DNA of 64,000 bases from Gammaproteobacteria bacterium. GTDB lineage: Bacteria; Pseudomonadota; Gammaproteobacteria; CBDBNL01; JAAOII01. The DNA lies in NCBI GenBank assembly GCA_965209035.1, contig OZ242372.1:1152001-1216000 (forward strand), given 5' to 3'. The notes under the pieces were generated by a model, which saw nothing but the letters and a program-made list of their open reading frames with translations, had not been told where the DNA came from and searched no databases. The first letter of the stretch is position 1; every line of letters starts with the position of its first letter. Below, piece by piece: positions 23,256 to 33,515 of the stretch. A program made the position numbers and the translations under genes.

Positions 23256-24512
23256 TTAGTTGTTTGGTGGGCTTGTCGGGCGGCTGCCAAGGACCAACAA
23301 AAAATCTATGATATTTTCTTCGCGGCGAATGCCGACCTGTATCTCGTCTCCCGGTTTTTTACCGGCAACATAGTTCACAATTTGTGAGGCACTTTCAAAA
23401 GGATCGCCGTCCAAAGAAATGATCTCGTCTCCCGTTCGCATGTCCAATTCGTCGGCGGGACTGCCGCGAAAAACGCCATTAATAAAAATGCGTGTTTCGC
23501 CGTTTTTATTTTCTGAGCGCATCGACACACCCATCCAGCCGCGCTCCACCTCGCCGTCGGTGCGCAGTTGATCCACAACATTGCCGACGATATCCGCGGG
23601 TATGGCAAAACCGATGCCCGCGGATGCGCCGGTGCGCGAGTAAATGGCGGTGTTAATCCCCACCAGTTCGCCGCGGGCATTGATCAGGGCACCGCCGGAA
23701 TTCCCCGGATTGATGGCGGCGTCCGTCTGCAGAAAGTTTTCGAGTGTTGTGACGCCCACATCGGATCTGCCGATGGCACTGATGATCCCTTGGGTGACTG
23801 TTTGCCCGACGCCGTGCGGATTGCCGATTGCCAGAACCGGATCACCTATGCGCAGTTCTTCCACTTCGCCGAATTCAATGACCGGCAAGTTATAAAGGTC
23901 GGCTTTGAGCAGTGCGATATCCGTTTCCGGATCCACGCCCACCACCTCGGCTGCCGCCTCGCGTCCGTCATTGAGCGCGATCAGGATCTCGGTCGCCCCT
24001 TTGACAACATGATAATTGGTGATGATGTAGCCGTCGTTTTCAAGGATCACGCCGGAGCCCAGACTGCGCTGTTCGCGTTCGCGCGGCACGGGCGGCTGCG
24101 AAAAGAAATCATCAAAGAACGGATGATCAAAGAACGGCGGCTGATCGTTTTCTTGCTGCTTCAACACGCGCGAACTGTAAACATTGACAACGGCCGGTGC
24201 CGCCCGTTCCACCGCTGCGGCAAAAGAGTAGATGGGGGAGCTACCGGGCGATTCTTCCGCGGACGGCAGATCTGCGTTTTGATTCCAATAATTATTTGCG
24301 TCTTGCCCTTGCAGATCTTCCGGGATTAACGGTTCAATCTTCGGTGTGTCTTCTTCTGCGGGGGTATCGGAAAGAGCCGCAGTTGTTTGCTCTGTGCCGA
24401 GTTGTTGGCGCACCAGATCCACAATCAGCACGCTGCCGGCACCGCCGGCAAAAAAAACGAACAGGCCGAACCCGTACAAAAACTTTTTCATCTTTAATCT
24501 TTTAATTAACAA
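23256..24512 (-). CDS. HtrA-family serine protease with one PDZ domain (DegS/DegQ-like)
   Basis: Motifs SLGSGVI, TNYHVV, TDIAL and QTDAAINPGNSGG; N-terminal TM and a single PDZ domain. Confidence 0.93.
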   Translation of the reverse strand: MLIKRLKMKKFLYGFGLFVFFAGGAGSVLIVDLVRQQLGTEQTTAALSDTPAEEDTPKIEPLIPEDLQGQDANNYWNQNADLPSAEESPGSSPIYSFAAAVERAAPAVVNVYSSRVLKQQENDQPPFFDHPFFDDFFSQPPVPREREQRSLGSGVILENDGYIITNYHVVKGATEILIALNDGREAAAEVVGVDPETDIALLKADLYNLPVIEFGEVEELRIGDPVLAIGNPHGVGQTVTQGIISAIGRSDVGVTTLENFLQTDAAINPGNSGGALINARGELVGINTAIYSRTGASAGIGFAIPADIVGNVVDQLRTDGEVERGWMGVSMRSENKNGETRIFINGVFRGSPADELDMRTGDEIISLDGDPFESASQIVNYVAGKKPGDEIQVGIRREENIIDFLLVLGSRPTSPPNN

Positions 24513-24728
24513 CCAATAACTAACTCACTAATATCTCATTTATTAAACGCTTTTTTGAAACAACAACCCCTTCTATTATAAGAATAATCATTTTCTGTTC
24601 TGTTCTTTTTTGCTGAAAAAATCATACGGAAGTGATTGCAGCATATACCCACAAACAACTCTCGCCGATCCGGTTCTCAACATCAAGACCGCAAAACCGG
24701 ACGGGATGATATAAGAAATCAAATTGCA

Positions 24729-26026
24729 TGCATAGTCTCATAAAGGTTCTGGACTCTGAGTTTGGTATTGTGCGTCCTCAGATCAAGCAGCCGGAGGTTC
24801 TGTCGGACGGGTCGAAAATAGATCCGGCAACGGGTCTTCGGTATGTGGAGCTAGATGAATGAAACGGGCAAGAAGGACGGATAGCTGTTTTGCTCTCACC
24901 GCCGCAGACAGCGGAGGCTTGTTGTTGATAAAACTGTCTAGGTGTATCCGCTGGCGAGACGGTACGGTTTGTGAGGGCAGCCGGACTGCACATTGGAAAT
25001 GAGAGGAACACGTTTACGCTACATTGGTTATCGCGTGCGCGGTTTCAATAAAATGGTGGTTTTAGCAAACAAATATTCAAACATGTCTAAAACCACCAAA
25101 ATCAAACTGGACACCTTAGCGTTCGCGCGCAAACATGGTGTCGCGGCGGCGCTGGATCATGCCGGGATCAGTCGTGCTACATTCTACGAGTGGCAGCGGC
25201 GTTTCCGTGAAGGCGGGGTCGATGAACTGGCGAACAACTATGGGTATCAGCCCAAGCGGTCCAACACCTGGCCACCGGCACTGATTGACAAGATCCGGTC
25301 TTGGCGACAAGAGCGACCGAATATCGGTCCCAATAAACTGGTCTGCTTGTTACCCGAATGGTGCCAGCAGCGCGGGCTGCCGATGCCCAGCCAATCAACG
25401 CTCTCTCGCATCATTGCCGATGACCCGGATAAGATGCGGTGCAAACCATCGCGGTCCGTGCCGAAACGCCCGCGGCAAGGTGCTCCGCGCGAGCGCAAGG
25501 ACATCCGCTTTGTTGCGGGCCGGAGAGGTGAATGTGTTGCCTTTGATACGCTCGTCCGCATCGTCGATGGCCGGCGCTTTTATTGGCATGTCGGCATTGA
25601 TCTATTTTCCCGCTTCTCACTGGTCAGTGTCGACACCTCGGCTGCTTCGGCCAGTTCCGCCCGGCTCTTTACCGCCATGCAAAACATACTCGGCACTCGG
25701 ATCGAAAAAGCCCTCACCGATAATGGCAGTGAGTTCGCCAAAGACTTTCACCGGGTCGTGACCGCAAACGGCAGCACCCACTGGTATACCTATCCAAGGA
25801 AACCGCAAATGAATGCACACTGCGAACGGTTTAATCGCACTCTCTGGGAAGAGTTCGGTTGTCATATGCGGCATCTCTTGGTTAAGGATATGCCAGCATT
25901 CAACGCCAAACTCATCGAGTGGTTGGCTTGGTATAATCTGGAACGTCCCCATTATGCTCTCAAACAACTCTCGCCAATCCAGTTTTTGCAAAAACAACAA
26001 AAGTCCAGAAATGGGTGGGATCATAC
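24729..26026 (+). mobile_element. IS481-family element, copy 1
   Basis: Left end TGCATAGTCTCATAAAGGTTCTGGACT and right end AGTCCAGAAATGGGTGGGATCATAC form imperfect ~27-bp inverted repeats around a DDE transposase. Confidence 0.9.
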
Positions 26027-26033
26027 TGCATGA
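24999..26033 (+). CDS. IS481-family DDE transposase
   Basis: N-terminal HTH (ISRATFYEW) and integrase core VAFDT / TDNGSEF / PQMNAHCERFNRT / YNLERPH in a single ORF. Confidence 0.93.
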   Translation: MRGTRLRYIGYRVRGFNKMVVLANKYSNMSKTTKIKLDTLAFARKHGVAAALDHAGISRATFYEWQRRFREGGVDELANNYGYQPKRSNTWPPALIDKIRSWRQERPNIGPNKLVCLLPEWCQQRGLPMPSQSTLSRIIADDPDKMRCKPSRSVPKRPRQGAPRERKDIRFVAGRRGECVAFDTLVRIVDGRRFYWHVGIDLFSRFSLVSVDTSAASASSARLFTAMQNILGTRIEKALTDNGSEFAKDFHRVVTANGSTHWYTYPRKPQMNAHCERFNRTLWEEFGCHMRHLLVKDMPAFNAKLIEWLAWYNLERPHYALKQLSPIQFLQKQQKSRNGWDHTA

Positions 26034-27330
26034 TCTCATAAAGGTTCTGGACTCTGAGTTTGGTATTGTGCGTCCTCAGATCAAGCAGCCGGATGTTCTG
26101 TCGGACGGGTCGAAAATAGATCCGGCAACGGGTCTCCGGTATGTGGAGCTAGATGAATGAAACGGGCAAGAAAGATGGATAGCTGTTTTGCTCTCACCGC
26201 CGCAGACAGCGGAGGCTTGTTGTTGATAAAACTGTCTAGGTGTATCCGCTGGCAAGACGGTACGGTGTGCGAGAGCGGCTGCACCGCGGAGGTGATTTGA
26301 AATGAGAGGAACACGTTTACACTACATTGGTTATCGCGTGCGCGGTTTCAATAAAATGGTGGTTTTAGCAAACAAATATTCAAACATGTCTAAAACCACC
26401 AAAATCAAACTGGACACCTTAGCGTTCGCGCGCAAACATGGTGTCGCGGCCGCGTTGGATCATGCCAGGATCAGTCGTGCTACATTCTACGAGTGGCAGC
26501 GGCGTTTCCGTGAAGGCGGGGCCGATGAACTGGCGAACAACTATGGGTATCAGCCCAAGCGGTCCAACACCTGGCCACCGGCACTGATTACCAAGATCCG
26601 ATCTTGGCGACAAGAGCGTCCGAACATCGGTGCCGGTAAACTGGTCTGCTTGTTACCCGAATGGTGTCAGCAGCGCGGGCTGCCGATGCCCAGCCAATCA
26701 ACGCTCTCTCGCATCATTGCCGATGACCCGGATAAGATGCGGTGCAAACCATCGCGGCCCGTGCCGAAACGCCCGCGGCAAGGTGCTCCGCGCGAGCGCA
26801 AGGACATCCGCTTTGTTGCGGGCCGGAGAGGTGAATGTGTTGCCTTTGATACGCTCGTCCGCATCGTCGATGGCCGGCGCTTTTATTGGCATGTCGGCAT
26901 TGATCTATTTTCCCGCTTCTCACTGGTCAGTGTCGACACCTCGGCTGCTTCGGCCAGTTCCGCCCGGCTCTTTACCGCCATGCAAAACATACTCGGCACT
27001 CGGATCGAAAAAGTCCTCACCGATAATGGCAGTGAGTTCGCCAAAGGCTTTCACCGGGTCGTGACCGCAAACGGCAGCACCCACTGGTATACCTATCCAA
27101 GGAAACCGCAAATGAATGCACACTGCGAACGGTTTAATCGCACTCTCTGGGAAGAGTTCGGTTGTCATATGCGGCATCTCTTGGTTAAGGATATGCCAGC
27201 ATTCAACGCCAAACTCATCGAGTGGTTGGCTTGGTATAATCTGGAACGTCCCCATTATGCTCTCAAACAACTCTCGCCAATCCAGTTTTTGCAAAAACAA
27301 CAAAAGTCCAGAAATGGGTGGGATCATACA
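26027..27330 (+). mobile_element. IS481-family element, copy 2 (directly abutting copy 1)
   Basis: Ends TGCATGATCTCAT and GGGATCATACA; near-identical to copy 1. Confidence 0.93.
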
Positions 27331-27543
27331 AAGTGCCTATCATCCCCGCCGTTGCCGTTAAGATCATCGCGCATGCGCCCCAAATCATCCAGCGTCCGCA
27401 CCTCTATCAACCCGTCGCCGTCATCGTCCACATCCGCCGCATCGGTCACGCCATCGCCGTCATCATCCGGGACCGCCACCGCCGCCGGAACCGCCGCCGC
27501 CACCACAAGCGGTGAGCAGAACGGCCGACAAGACGACTGTTAA
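26302..27543 (+). CDS. IS481-family transposase, reading through the right end into flanking DNA
   Basis: Same protein as copy 1 up to NGWDHT. The tail is antisense of a lipoprotein gene fragment. Confidence 0.88.
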   Translation: MRGTRLHYIGYRVRGFNKMVVLANKYSNMSKTTKIKLDTLAFARKHGVAAALDHARISRATFYEWQRRFREGGADELANNYGYQPKRSNTWPPALITKIRSWRQERPNIGAGKLVCLLPEWCQQRGLPMPSQSTLSRIIADDPDKMRCKPSRPVPKRPRQGAPRERKDIRFVAGRRGECVAFDTLVRIVDGRRFYWHVGIDLFSRFSLVSVDTSAASASSARLFTAMQNILGTRIEKVLTDNGSEFAKGFHRVVTANGSTHWYTYPRKPQMNAHCERFNRTLWEEFGCHMRHLLVKDMPAFNAKLIEWLAWYNLERPHYALKQLSPIQFLQKQQKSRNGWDHTKCLSSPPLPLRSSRMRPKSSSVRTSINPSPSSSTSAASVTPSPSSSGTATAAGTAAATTSGEQNGRQDDC

Positions 27544-27630
27544 TAATAAAAGAATGCCGCGGCGGATAGTTCGGCCGGCTGCGGCCATGCCGTTGCTATT
27601 GAAAGCATTGATTGCAAATAGACTCATCAT
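27331..27630 (-). pseudogene. 5' fragment of an IS-disrupted TSP3/GLUG lipoprotein gene
   Basis: Reads MSLFAINAFNSNGMAAAGRTIRRGILLLLTVVLSAVLLTACGGG, then after a frame change PDDDGDGVTDAADVDDDGDGLIEVRTLDDLGRMRDDLNGNGGDDRH. It is paralogous to 33516-34457. Confidence 0.9.
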
Positions 27631-27732
27631 GAATTGTTTTTGTTAAAGCACACAGATAAAATCAAAATCATAGTTACTATTTTACCATATTTCGGCAAGA
27701 CGGTACATCTGTGTGTTGTGTATAGTCCCATC

Positions 27733-28150
27733 CCCGCCCGATTGCGGGGTTTAGGGGGTTTAACTTGTAGAAAATGAGAAGCCTGGTGACTGGCAACACA
27801 ACCGGCGGGCTCGCCTTGCCGGATCACCCTCGCCCGATTGCATGGTTTAACTTGTCAAAAGATCAGTGCTTATTAAAGATACTGATAAGAAACACAGCCG
27901 GCGGACTTGCCTTGCCGGATCACCCCCGCCCGATTGCGGGGTTTAGATTGTAGAAAATTAGAAGCCCAGTGACTGGCAACACAGCCGGCGGACTTGCCTT
28001 ACCGGATCACCTCCGCCCAATTGCGGGGTTTAAGTTGTAGAAAATGAGAAGCCTGGTGACCGGCAACACAACCGGCGGACTTGCCTTGCCGGATCACCCC
28101 CGCCCGATTGCGGGGTTTAGGTTGTAAAAAGATCAGTGCTTGTTAAAGAT
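27733..28150. repeat. Tandem repeat, ~4.5 units of ~87-96 bp
   Basis: CCCGCCCGATTGCGGGGTTTA...ACACARCCGGCGGACTTGCCTTGCCGGATCAC recurs at ~27733, 27829, 27924, 28011 and 28098. Confidence 0.92.
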
Positions 28151-28324
28151 GCATTCTTTGCCGCGGACTCATCACCGTTTCGCAGCTGCTGCGTCGCTGT
28201 TTCGTCACTGTCTCATCGCTGTTTCATAGACGCTGCATCGATGAAGCGATCTGTTTGGCTCGCCGAAGGCAGCCAAACGAGATCTCGGTCTGCTTCTTGC
28301 TTCCGCTTACCCGCTGCTGACTTC

Positions 28325-30523
28325 CTACTGCCGTTGCTGTTGCTCTTCTACGCTGACAGGAAGACAGTTCAGAACGGGATATTGGTTGGCATCGCCCAGA
28401 TCCCAGAGACGCTCGAAGGAGCCGCCGGGGTCCGTCCTGTTTTCCCGGATCTCGAAACTGGTCGGATCACACCAGAAGTTGCCCCAAGCGGCATAGATGC
28501 CTGTGAAATCGGTCGGGTTTTGCAACTGTGCAGTCCCCAGAGCGGTGCCTAGGGTGTCCCCAGTTCGGGGATCACTTGCCGGTTGTCTGGTCGTCTCATT
28601 ATCCCAATAGGAAGCAATGACAGTTGGGGACTGGCCAAAGCCTAACAAGCCACTAATTCGAGGCTTAGTATTAAATGCAGAAACAGGACCGCCGGCCGTA
28701 TAAGAATAACTAATTTCCGGAATCTGTCCTGCACCAAACAAACCACCGACACTATCTAGACCGAAAACACTGCCACCGACTGCATAAGCATGACGAATAC
28801 TCATATCCGTTACAAAGCCACTTATGCCACCGATTTGATTACTATCACCAGTAACAGTAACGTCGGATACGGACACAATACGTATATCAGAGTCAGGTAC
28901 ACTGCCGGCCAGACCACCAATAGTAGAAAAAGCACTAATAGTAACATCGGACACGGACACAGCACGCATCTCAGCATTCTCTCCTTCACCGACCAGACCA
29001 CCGACAGTACGCGCGGACGGACTCATGATCACTCCCCCGGCGATGGCAAGATTTGTAAACTGACCATCCTGGCCATAGCCAACCAGCAGCCCCAGATCAC
29101 TGGCACCGCCACTGACATTCGCATCCAACAGATGCATATTTTGGATAGTGCCATTTAAGGCACCAAACAAGCCGGTTCCGTTAACATCATCATTCACAGA
29201 AATAAACAGATCCGCAATCGCATAACCCCCGCCGTCAAACACGGAAGTATAAGGGGTGCAAACATTGTTGGCAGTACAAGAGCCAATCGGCACCCAGCCG
29301 CTGCCGGCACGATTCGTCCAGGCATCCACATTAACGCTGCTCCCGTTATAGGAAGCCTCATCACTAAAACTGAGCGAGCGGGCCAGTTCATAACCTTTAC
29401 ATCCGGAACTCGGACAGCCATCAGAACCTACAGGAGTAATCTCGGGAATAGCACCATCATCCATCCCATCGCCATCCAGATCATCGCGCAGCCGCGCCAA
29501 GTCATCCAAAGTGTAAATTTCTATGAGGCTATTATTATTGTCATCCACATCCGTCAGATCCGGAACATTATCATTGTCATCGTCCATATCTTCCGTCAAG
29601 GTAGTGTTCACGCCGGTAACACAGCCGGTGACCAAAGTATCCGGGTCACCGTCCTTATCTGCGTCGGCACTGGCACAGGCATCGGTCCGGAAGGCATCCA
29701 TGTTATCCGGAACATCGTCATTGTCATCGTCCTCATCACAGGCATCGCCGCCATCGTCCGCCTTGTCCGTGTTGGCTTGATCCGCATTGGCAACCGACCG
29801 GCAGTTATCTGCCGTCAAGTCGGTATCACAGTCGGTAACCAGACTGTCCGGCCGACCGTCCCCATCCGTATCGGTGCCGGCACAGGCATCCGCCCGGAAT
29901 GCATCCGTCGCATCCAAAACTCCGTCTCTGTCAATGTCTCCCTCAGTGTTGATTCCCGCAGACCCGGTCCTTGCCGTGCCGGGCGGCGAAACAGATGCCG
30001 AACGGCCATCCTCATAGATCACCACAATCGTTAGATTGTAGTTGGCATTATTCAGCAGATCTTTAATAGTATGGATCACGCGCACATCGGCCGAGACATT
30101 AACATCCGCCGCCGTCAGCTTCTCTGTGCCGTTATTGCTCGGAACTTGCGTATTCTCCCAAATAATATTAAAGCCGGAAATATCTTGTTGATTCGGATTC
30201 TTCCAAGCGACAATAAGACTCGTATCCGTATTCCCCGCCACAAACTCAACCGCGGAAACGGGCGCGGGACCGCCGCCAGCACCGGAACCGCCGCCGCCGC
30301 CTTCGCAGGCAGCCAACAGCATCGCCGGCACAATAAGATATAGAATTTTAGATCGGATGCCGACACCTTTAAAAGGAAAAGGAAAAGCAAAAGAAGGCAG
30401 ATAAGAAACAGGCGCGCATCTCACGGATTGCATTGCAATGCTTTCATTGCAGCCTTTCAACGCACCCAACACACCCGCACGGGTGCGGCGATTTATAGAA
30501 CAAATTTTCATGATTTTTTTCAA
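28325..30523 (-). CDS. Surface lipoprotein: FN3-like domain + TSP type-3-like Asp-rich repeats + GLUG repeats
   Basis: Lipobox LLAAC plus Gly linker; LIVAWKNPN FN3-like domain; DxDxDG repeats; LIEIYTLDDL; repeated GGLVG; C-terminal WDLGxxxQYPxL. The start codon is uncertain. Confidence 0.88.
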   Translation of the reverse strand: MKKIMKICSINRRTRAGVLGALKGCNESIAMQSVRCAPVSYLPSFAFPFPFKGVGIRSKILYLIVPAMLLAACEGGGGGSGAGGGPAPVSAVEFVAGNTDTSLIVAWKNPNQQDISGFNIIWENTQVPSNNGTEKLTAADVNVSADVRVIHTIKDLLNNANYNLTIVVIYEDGRSASVSPPGTARTGSAGINTEGDIDRDGVLDATDAFRADACAGTDTDGDGRPDSLVTDCDTDLTADNCRSVANADQANTDKADDGGDACDEDDDNDDVPDNMDAFRTDACASADADKDGDPDTLVTGCVTGVNTTLTEDMDDDNDNVPDLTDVDDNNNSLIEIYTLDDLARLRDDLDGDGMDDGAIPEITPVGSDGCPSSGCKGYELARSLSFSDEASYNGSSVNVDAWTNRAGSGWVPIGSCTANNVCTPYTSVFDGGGYAIADLFISVNDDVNGTGLFGALNGTIQNMHLLDANVSGGASDLGLLVGYGQDGQFTNLAIAGGVIMSPSARTVGGLVGEGENAEMRAVSVSDVTISAFSTIGGLAGSVPDSDIRIVSVSDVTVTGDSNQIGGISGFVTDMSIRHAYAVGGSVFGLDSVGGLFGAGQIPEISYSYTAGGPVSAFNTKPRISGLLGFGQSPTVIASYWDNETTRQPASDPRTGDTLGTALGTAQLQNPTDFTGIYAAWGNFWCDPTSFEIRENRTDPGGSFERLWDLGDANQYPVLNCLPVSVEEQQQRQ

Positions 30524-30555
30524 ATTAAAAATTAAAGTATATGTAATGCATTATA

Positions 30556-31605
30556 TCAAATTTGATAACCAAATATTGTATGATCCCACCCATTTCTGGA
30601 CTTTTGTTGTTTTTGCAAAAACTGGATTGGCGAGAGTTGTTTGAGAGCATAATGGGGACGTTCCAGATTATACCAAGCCAACCACTCGATGAGTTTGGCG
30701 TTGAATGCTGGCATATCCTTAACCAAGAGATGCCGCATATGACAACCGAACTCTTCCCAGAGAGTGCGATTAAACCGTTCGCAGTGTGCATTCATTTGCG
30801 GTTTCCTTGGATAGGTATACCAGTGGGTGCTGCCGTTTGCGGTCACGACCCGGTGAAAGTCTTTGGCGAACTCACTGCCATTATCGGTGAGGACTTTTTC
30901 GATCCGAGTGCCGAGTATGTTTTGCATGGCGGTAAAGAGCCGGGCGGAACTGGCCGAAGCAGCCGAGGTGTCGACACTGACCAGTGAGAAGCGGGAAAAT
31001 AGGTCAATGCCGACATGCCAATAAAAGCGCCGGCCATCGACGATGCGGACGAGCGTATCAAAGGCAACACATTCACCTCTCCGGCCCGCAACAAAGCGGG
31101 TGTCCTTGCGCTCGCGCGGAGCACCATGCCGCGGGCGTTTCGGCACGGACCGCGATGGTTTGCACCGCATCTTATCCGGGTCATCGGCAATGATGCGAGA
31201 GAGCGTTGATTGGCTGGGCAGCGGCAGCCCGCGCTGCTGACACCATTCGGGTAACAAGCAGACCAGTTTACCGGCACCGATGTTCGGACGCTGTTGTCGC
31301 CAAGATCGGATCTTGGTAATCAGTGCCGGTGGCCAGGTGTTGGACCGCTTGGGCTGATACCCATAGTTGTTCGCCAGTTCATCGACCCCGCCTTCACGGA
31401 AACGCCGCTGCCACTCGTAGAATGTAGCACGACTGATCCTGGTATGATCCAACGCGGCCGCGACACCATGTTTGCGCGCGAACGCTAAGGTGTCCAGTTT
31501 TATTTTGGTGGTTTTAGACATGTTTAAATATTGATTTGCTAAAACCACCATTTTATTGAAACCGCGCACGCGATAACCAATGTAGCGTAAACGTGTTCCT
31601 CTCAT
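30556..31605 (-). CDS. IS481-family transposase
   Basis: Near-identical to copies 1 and 2. The stop codon lies outside the element. Confidence 0.92.
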   Translation of the reverse strand: MRGTRLRYIGYRVRGFNKMVVLANQYLNMSKTTKIKLDTLAFARKHGVAAALDHTRISRATFYEWQRRFREGGVDELANNYGYQPKRSNTWPPALITKIRSWRQQRPNIGAGKLVCLLPEWCQQRGLPLPSQSTLSRIIADDPDKMRCKPSRSVPKRPRHGAPRERKDTRFVAGRRGECVAFDTLVRIVDGRRFYWHVGIDLFSRFSLVSVDTSAASASSARLFTAMQNILGTRIEKVLTDNGSEFAKDFHRVVTANGSTHWYTYPRKPQMNAHCERFNRTLWEEFGCHMRHLLVKDMPAFNAKLIEWLAWYNLERPHYALKQLSPIQFLQKQQKSRNGWDHTIFGYQI

Positions 31606-31875
31606 TTCCAATGTGCAGTCCGGCTGCCCTCACAAACCATACCGTCTCGCCAGCGGATACACCTAGACAGTTTTATCAACAACAAGCCTCCGCTGTCTGC
31701 GTCGGTGAGAGCAAAACAGCTATCCGTCCTTCTTGCCCGTTTCATTCATCTAGCTCCACATACCGTAGACCTGTTGCCGGATCTATTTTCGACCCGTCCG
31801 ACAGAACATCCGGCTGCTTGATCTGAGGACGCACAATACCAAACTCAGAGTCCAGAACCTTTATGAGATCATGCA
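30577..31875 (-). mobile_element. IS481-family element, copy 3 (inverted relative to copies 1 and 2)
   Basis: Right end TGTATGATCCCACCC at 30577 and left end ATGAGATCATGCA ending at 31875. Confidence 0.94.
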
Positions 31876-33223
31876 CACTTTACCGATGTTGTGGCTATGG
31901 GTCAGATGGGCTGTCCGCGCCCCCCTGGGGGCGGCTGTACCGGTTACGAATTGGTGCGTTCGTTGAATTTCAGTGATGCGGGTGCGTATGAGCCGGGTTC
32001 GGCGAGCAAGAGTGCCTGGACAAACCGCTCCGGTCGCGGCTGGGTGCCGATTGGGTTTTGTTCGGTAAATCAAACCAGTTGCACCGATCTAAATAGGTTC
32101 TTTCAGCCTGTAACGAGATATCGTTCTTATACGGGAACTTTTGAGGGCAACGGCCATGGACTGTATGATCTGTTTATTAATGCAAACGCAGAGACGAGTG
32201 AGACGATGGATATGGGCGGGTTGACTGTGCAAATCTTGTCATCTTCTCAAGGGATCGGTTTGTTTGGCGCGATAGCGGACAATGAGATTCGAAATCTGCG
32301 CCTGGTGAACGCATATATCAAGGGCGGTTTGTTGAATATCGGCATGGTTGCCGGTGTTGCCAAGAATAGTGTGTTGCGTCGGGTTGCCGCCGAGGGGGCG
32401 GCGGATGCGTTCGTGAACAGTCAAAGTATCGGCGGTCTGGTCGGCGGGGGACTGATAGACACGCCGGCGGTCAGCCTGACAATTCTCTCTTCTTATGCGG
32501 TTTTGAACTTAAACAAAACCTTACCCTCCCGGTCGTTTTTTAATACCGTGTCTGAGGCTTCCTCACAGCTAAATTCTAATAATGAATTCTTAGATGCTTC
32601 GGGTGGGCTGGTCGGCATAATGACCGGTTCTCTTGTGATCCGTTCTTCCTATGCGTTTGGTAATGTAATGACTACCAGGGCCTCAGTCGGCGGGCTGGTA
32701 GGCTGGTATAATCATAATGCTCCTTTACCCAATACCTGTGAGATTACCGGTTCCTATGCCGCCCTGCGTCTCACCGCCGACAACTCTGTCGGCGGCATCT
32801 TGGGGACGGTGTGGGGAGGTACTTGCCGATTGACAGCCTCTTATTCCGCTTCTGTTCCCAAGGGGACGGCGGGCAAGAGCGACATAGGCGGTCTGCGGGG
32901 AAGTTTGTTTGTTAATGGTAATAATATCCGTGGCAATGTGTCTGTGAATGCCACCTATTGGGATGCGACCCTGGCCGGCGACACGCCGGTGAATGATGAC
33001 GATGTCCATGGCCGCACCACAGAGCAATTGCAAGAGGAGACAGAATTTCGGGTATTTATGCAATCTGGAACAACTATTTTTGCGATGCGGGGTCCGGTGT
33101 CCCCGGCGACTCGTTGGCTTGGGACCCGAGCGATGCGAACGCATATCCGCTATTAACTTGTCCGCCGGGCGGCGTCGCCCGCCAAAGGGAATTGTTTGCG
33201 AGATTCCGAGATGGATTGAATGA
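31876..33223 (+). pseudogene. 3' fragment of the IS-disrupted GLUG lipoprotein gene, with a further 1-nt frameshift near 33048
   Basis: Begins CACTT-TACCGATGTTGTGGCTATG (HFTDVVAMG), continuing the fragment at 27331. It is highly similar to 34453-35789. Confidence 0.9.
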
Positions 33224-33515
33224 ATAGATGGTTTAATGGTTTAATCCGTTTAATCCATTAAAGAGGCAATTAAACAAACAAACAAATGGCGAAGAGCTGA
33301 CTAAAGGCAGGATGGCATCACAAAGAGGCGGTGTATATGTACAGATGCTCACAATATGAGGGACTTGCTACTTGTAAAAGACGAGTGGCGGGTAATAGTA
33401 AGATTTTTTGTGCAGAATGGTTTTTTTGAAATGAATGCTTCCTTATATGGTAAAATATTAACAATGATTTTGATTTTATCTGTTTACTTTTTACTTTAAC
33501 AAAAAATAATTCATT

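Noticed and set aside
25813-26160. 115-aa ORF spanning the IS dimer junction
   Set aside because: It is an alternative frame of the transposase joined to the IS left end, with no recognisable motif and no independent support.
27331-27543. Ser/Thr-rich C-terminal domain on the 413-aa transposase
   Set aside because: It is read-through beyond the IS end into the antisense strand of a lipoprotein fragment.
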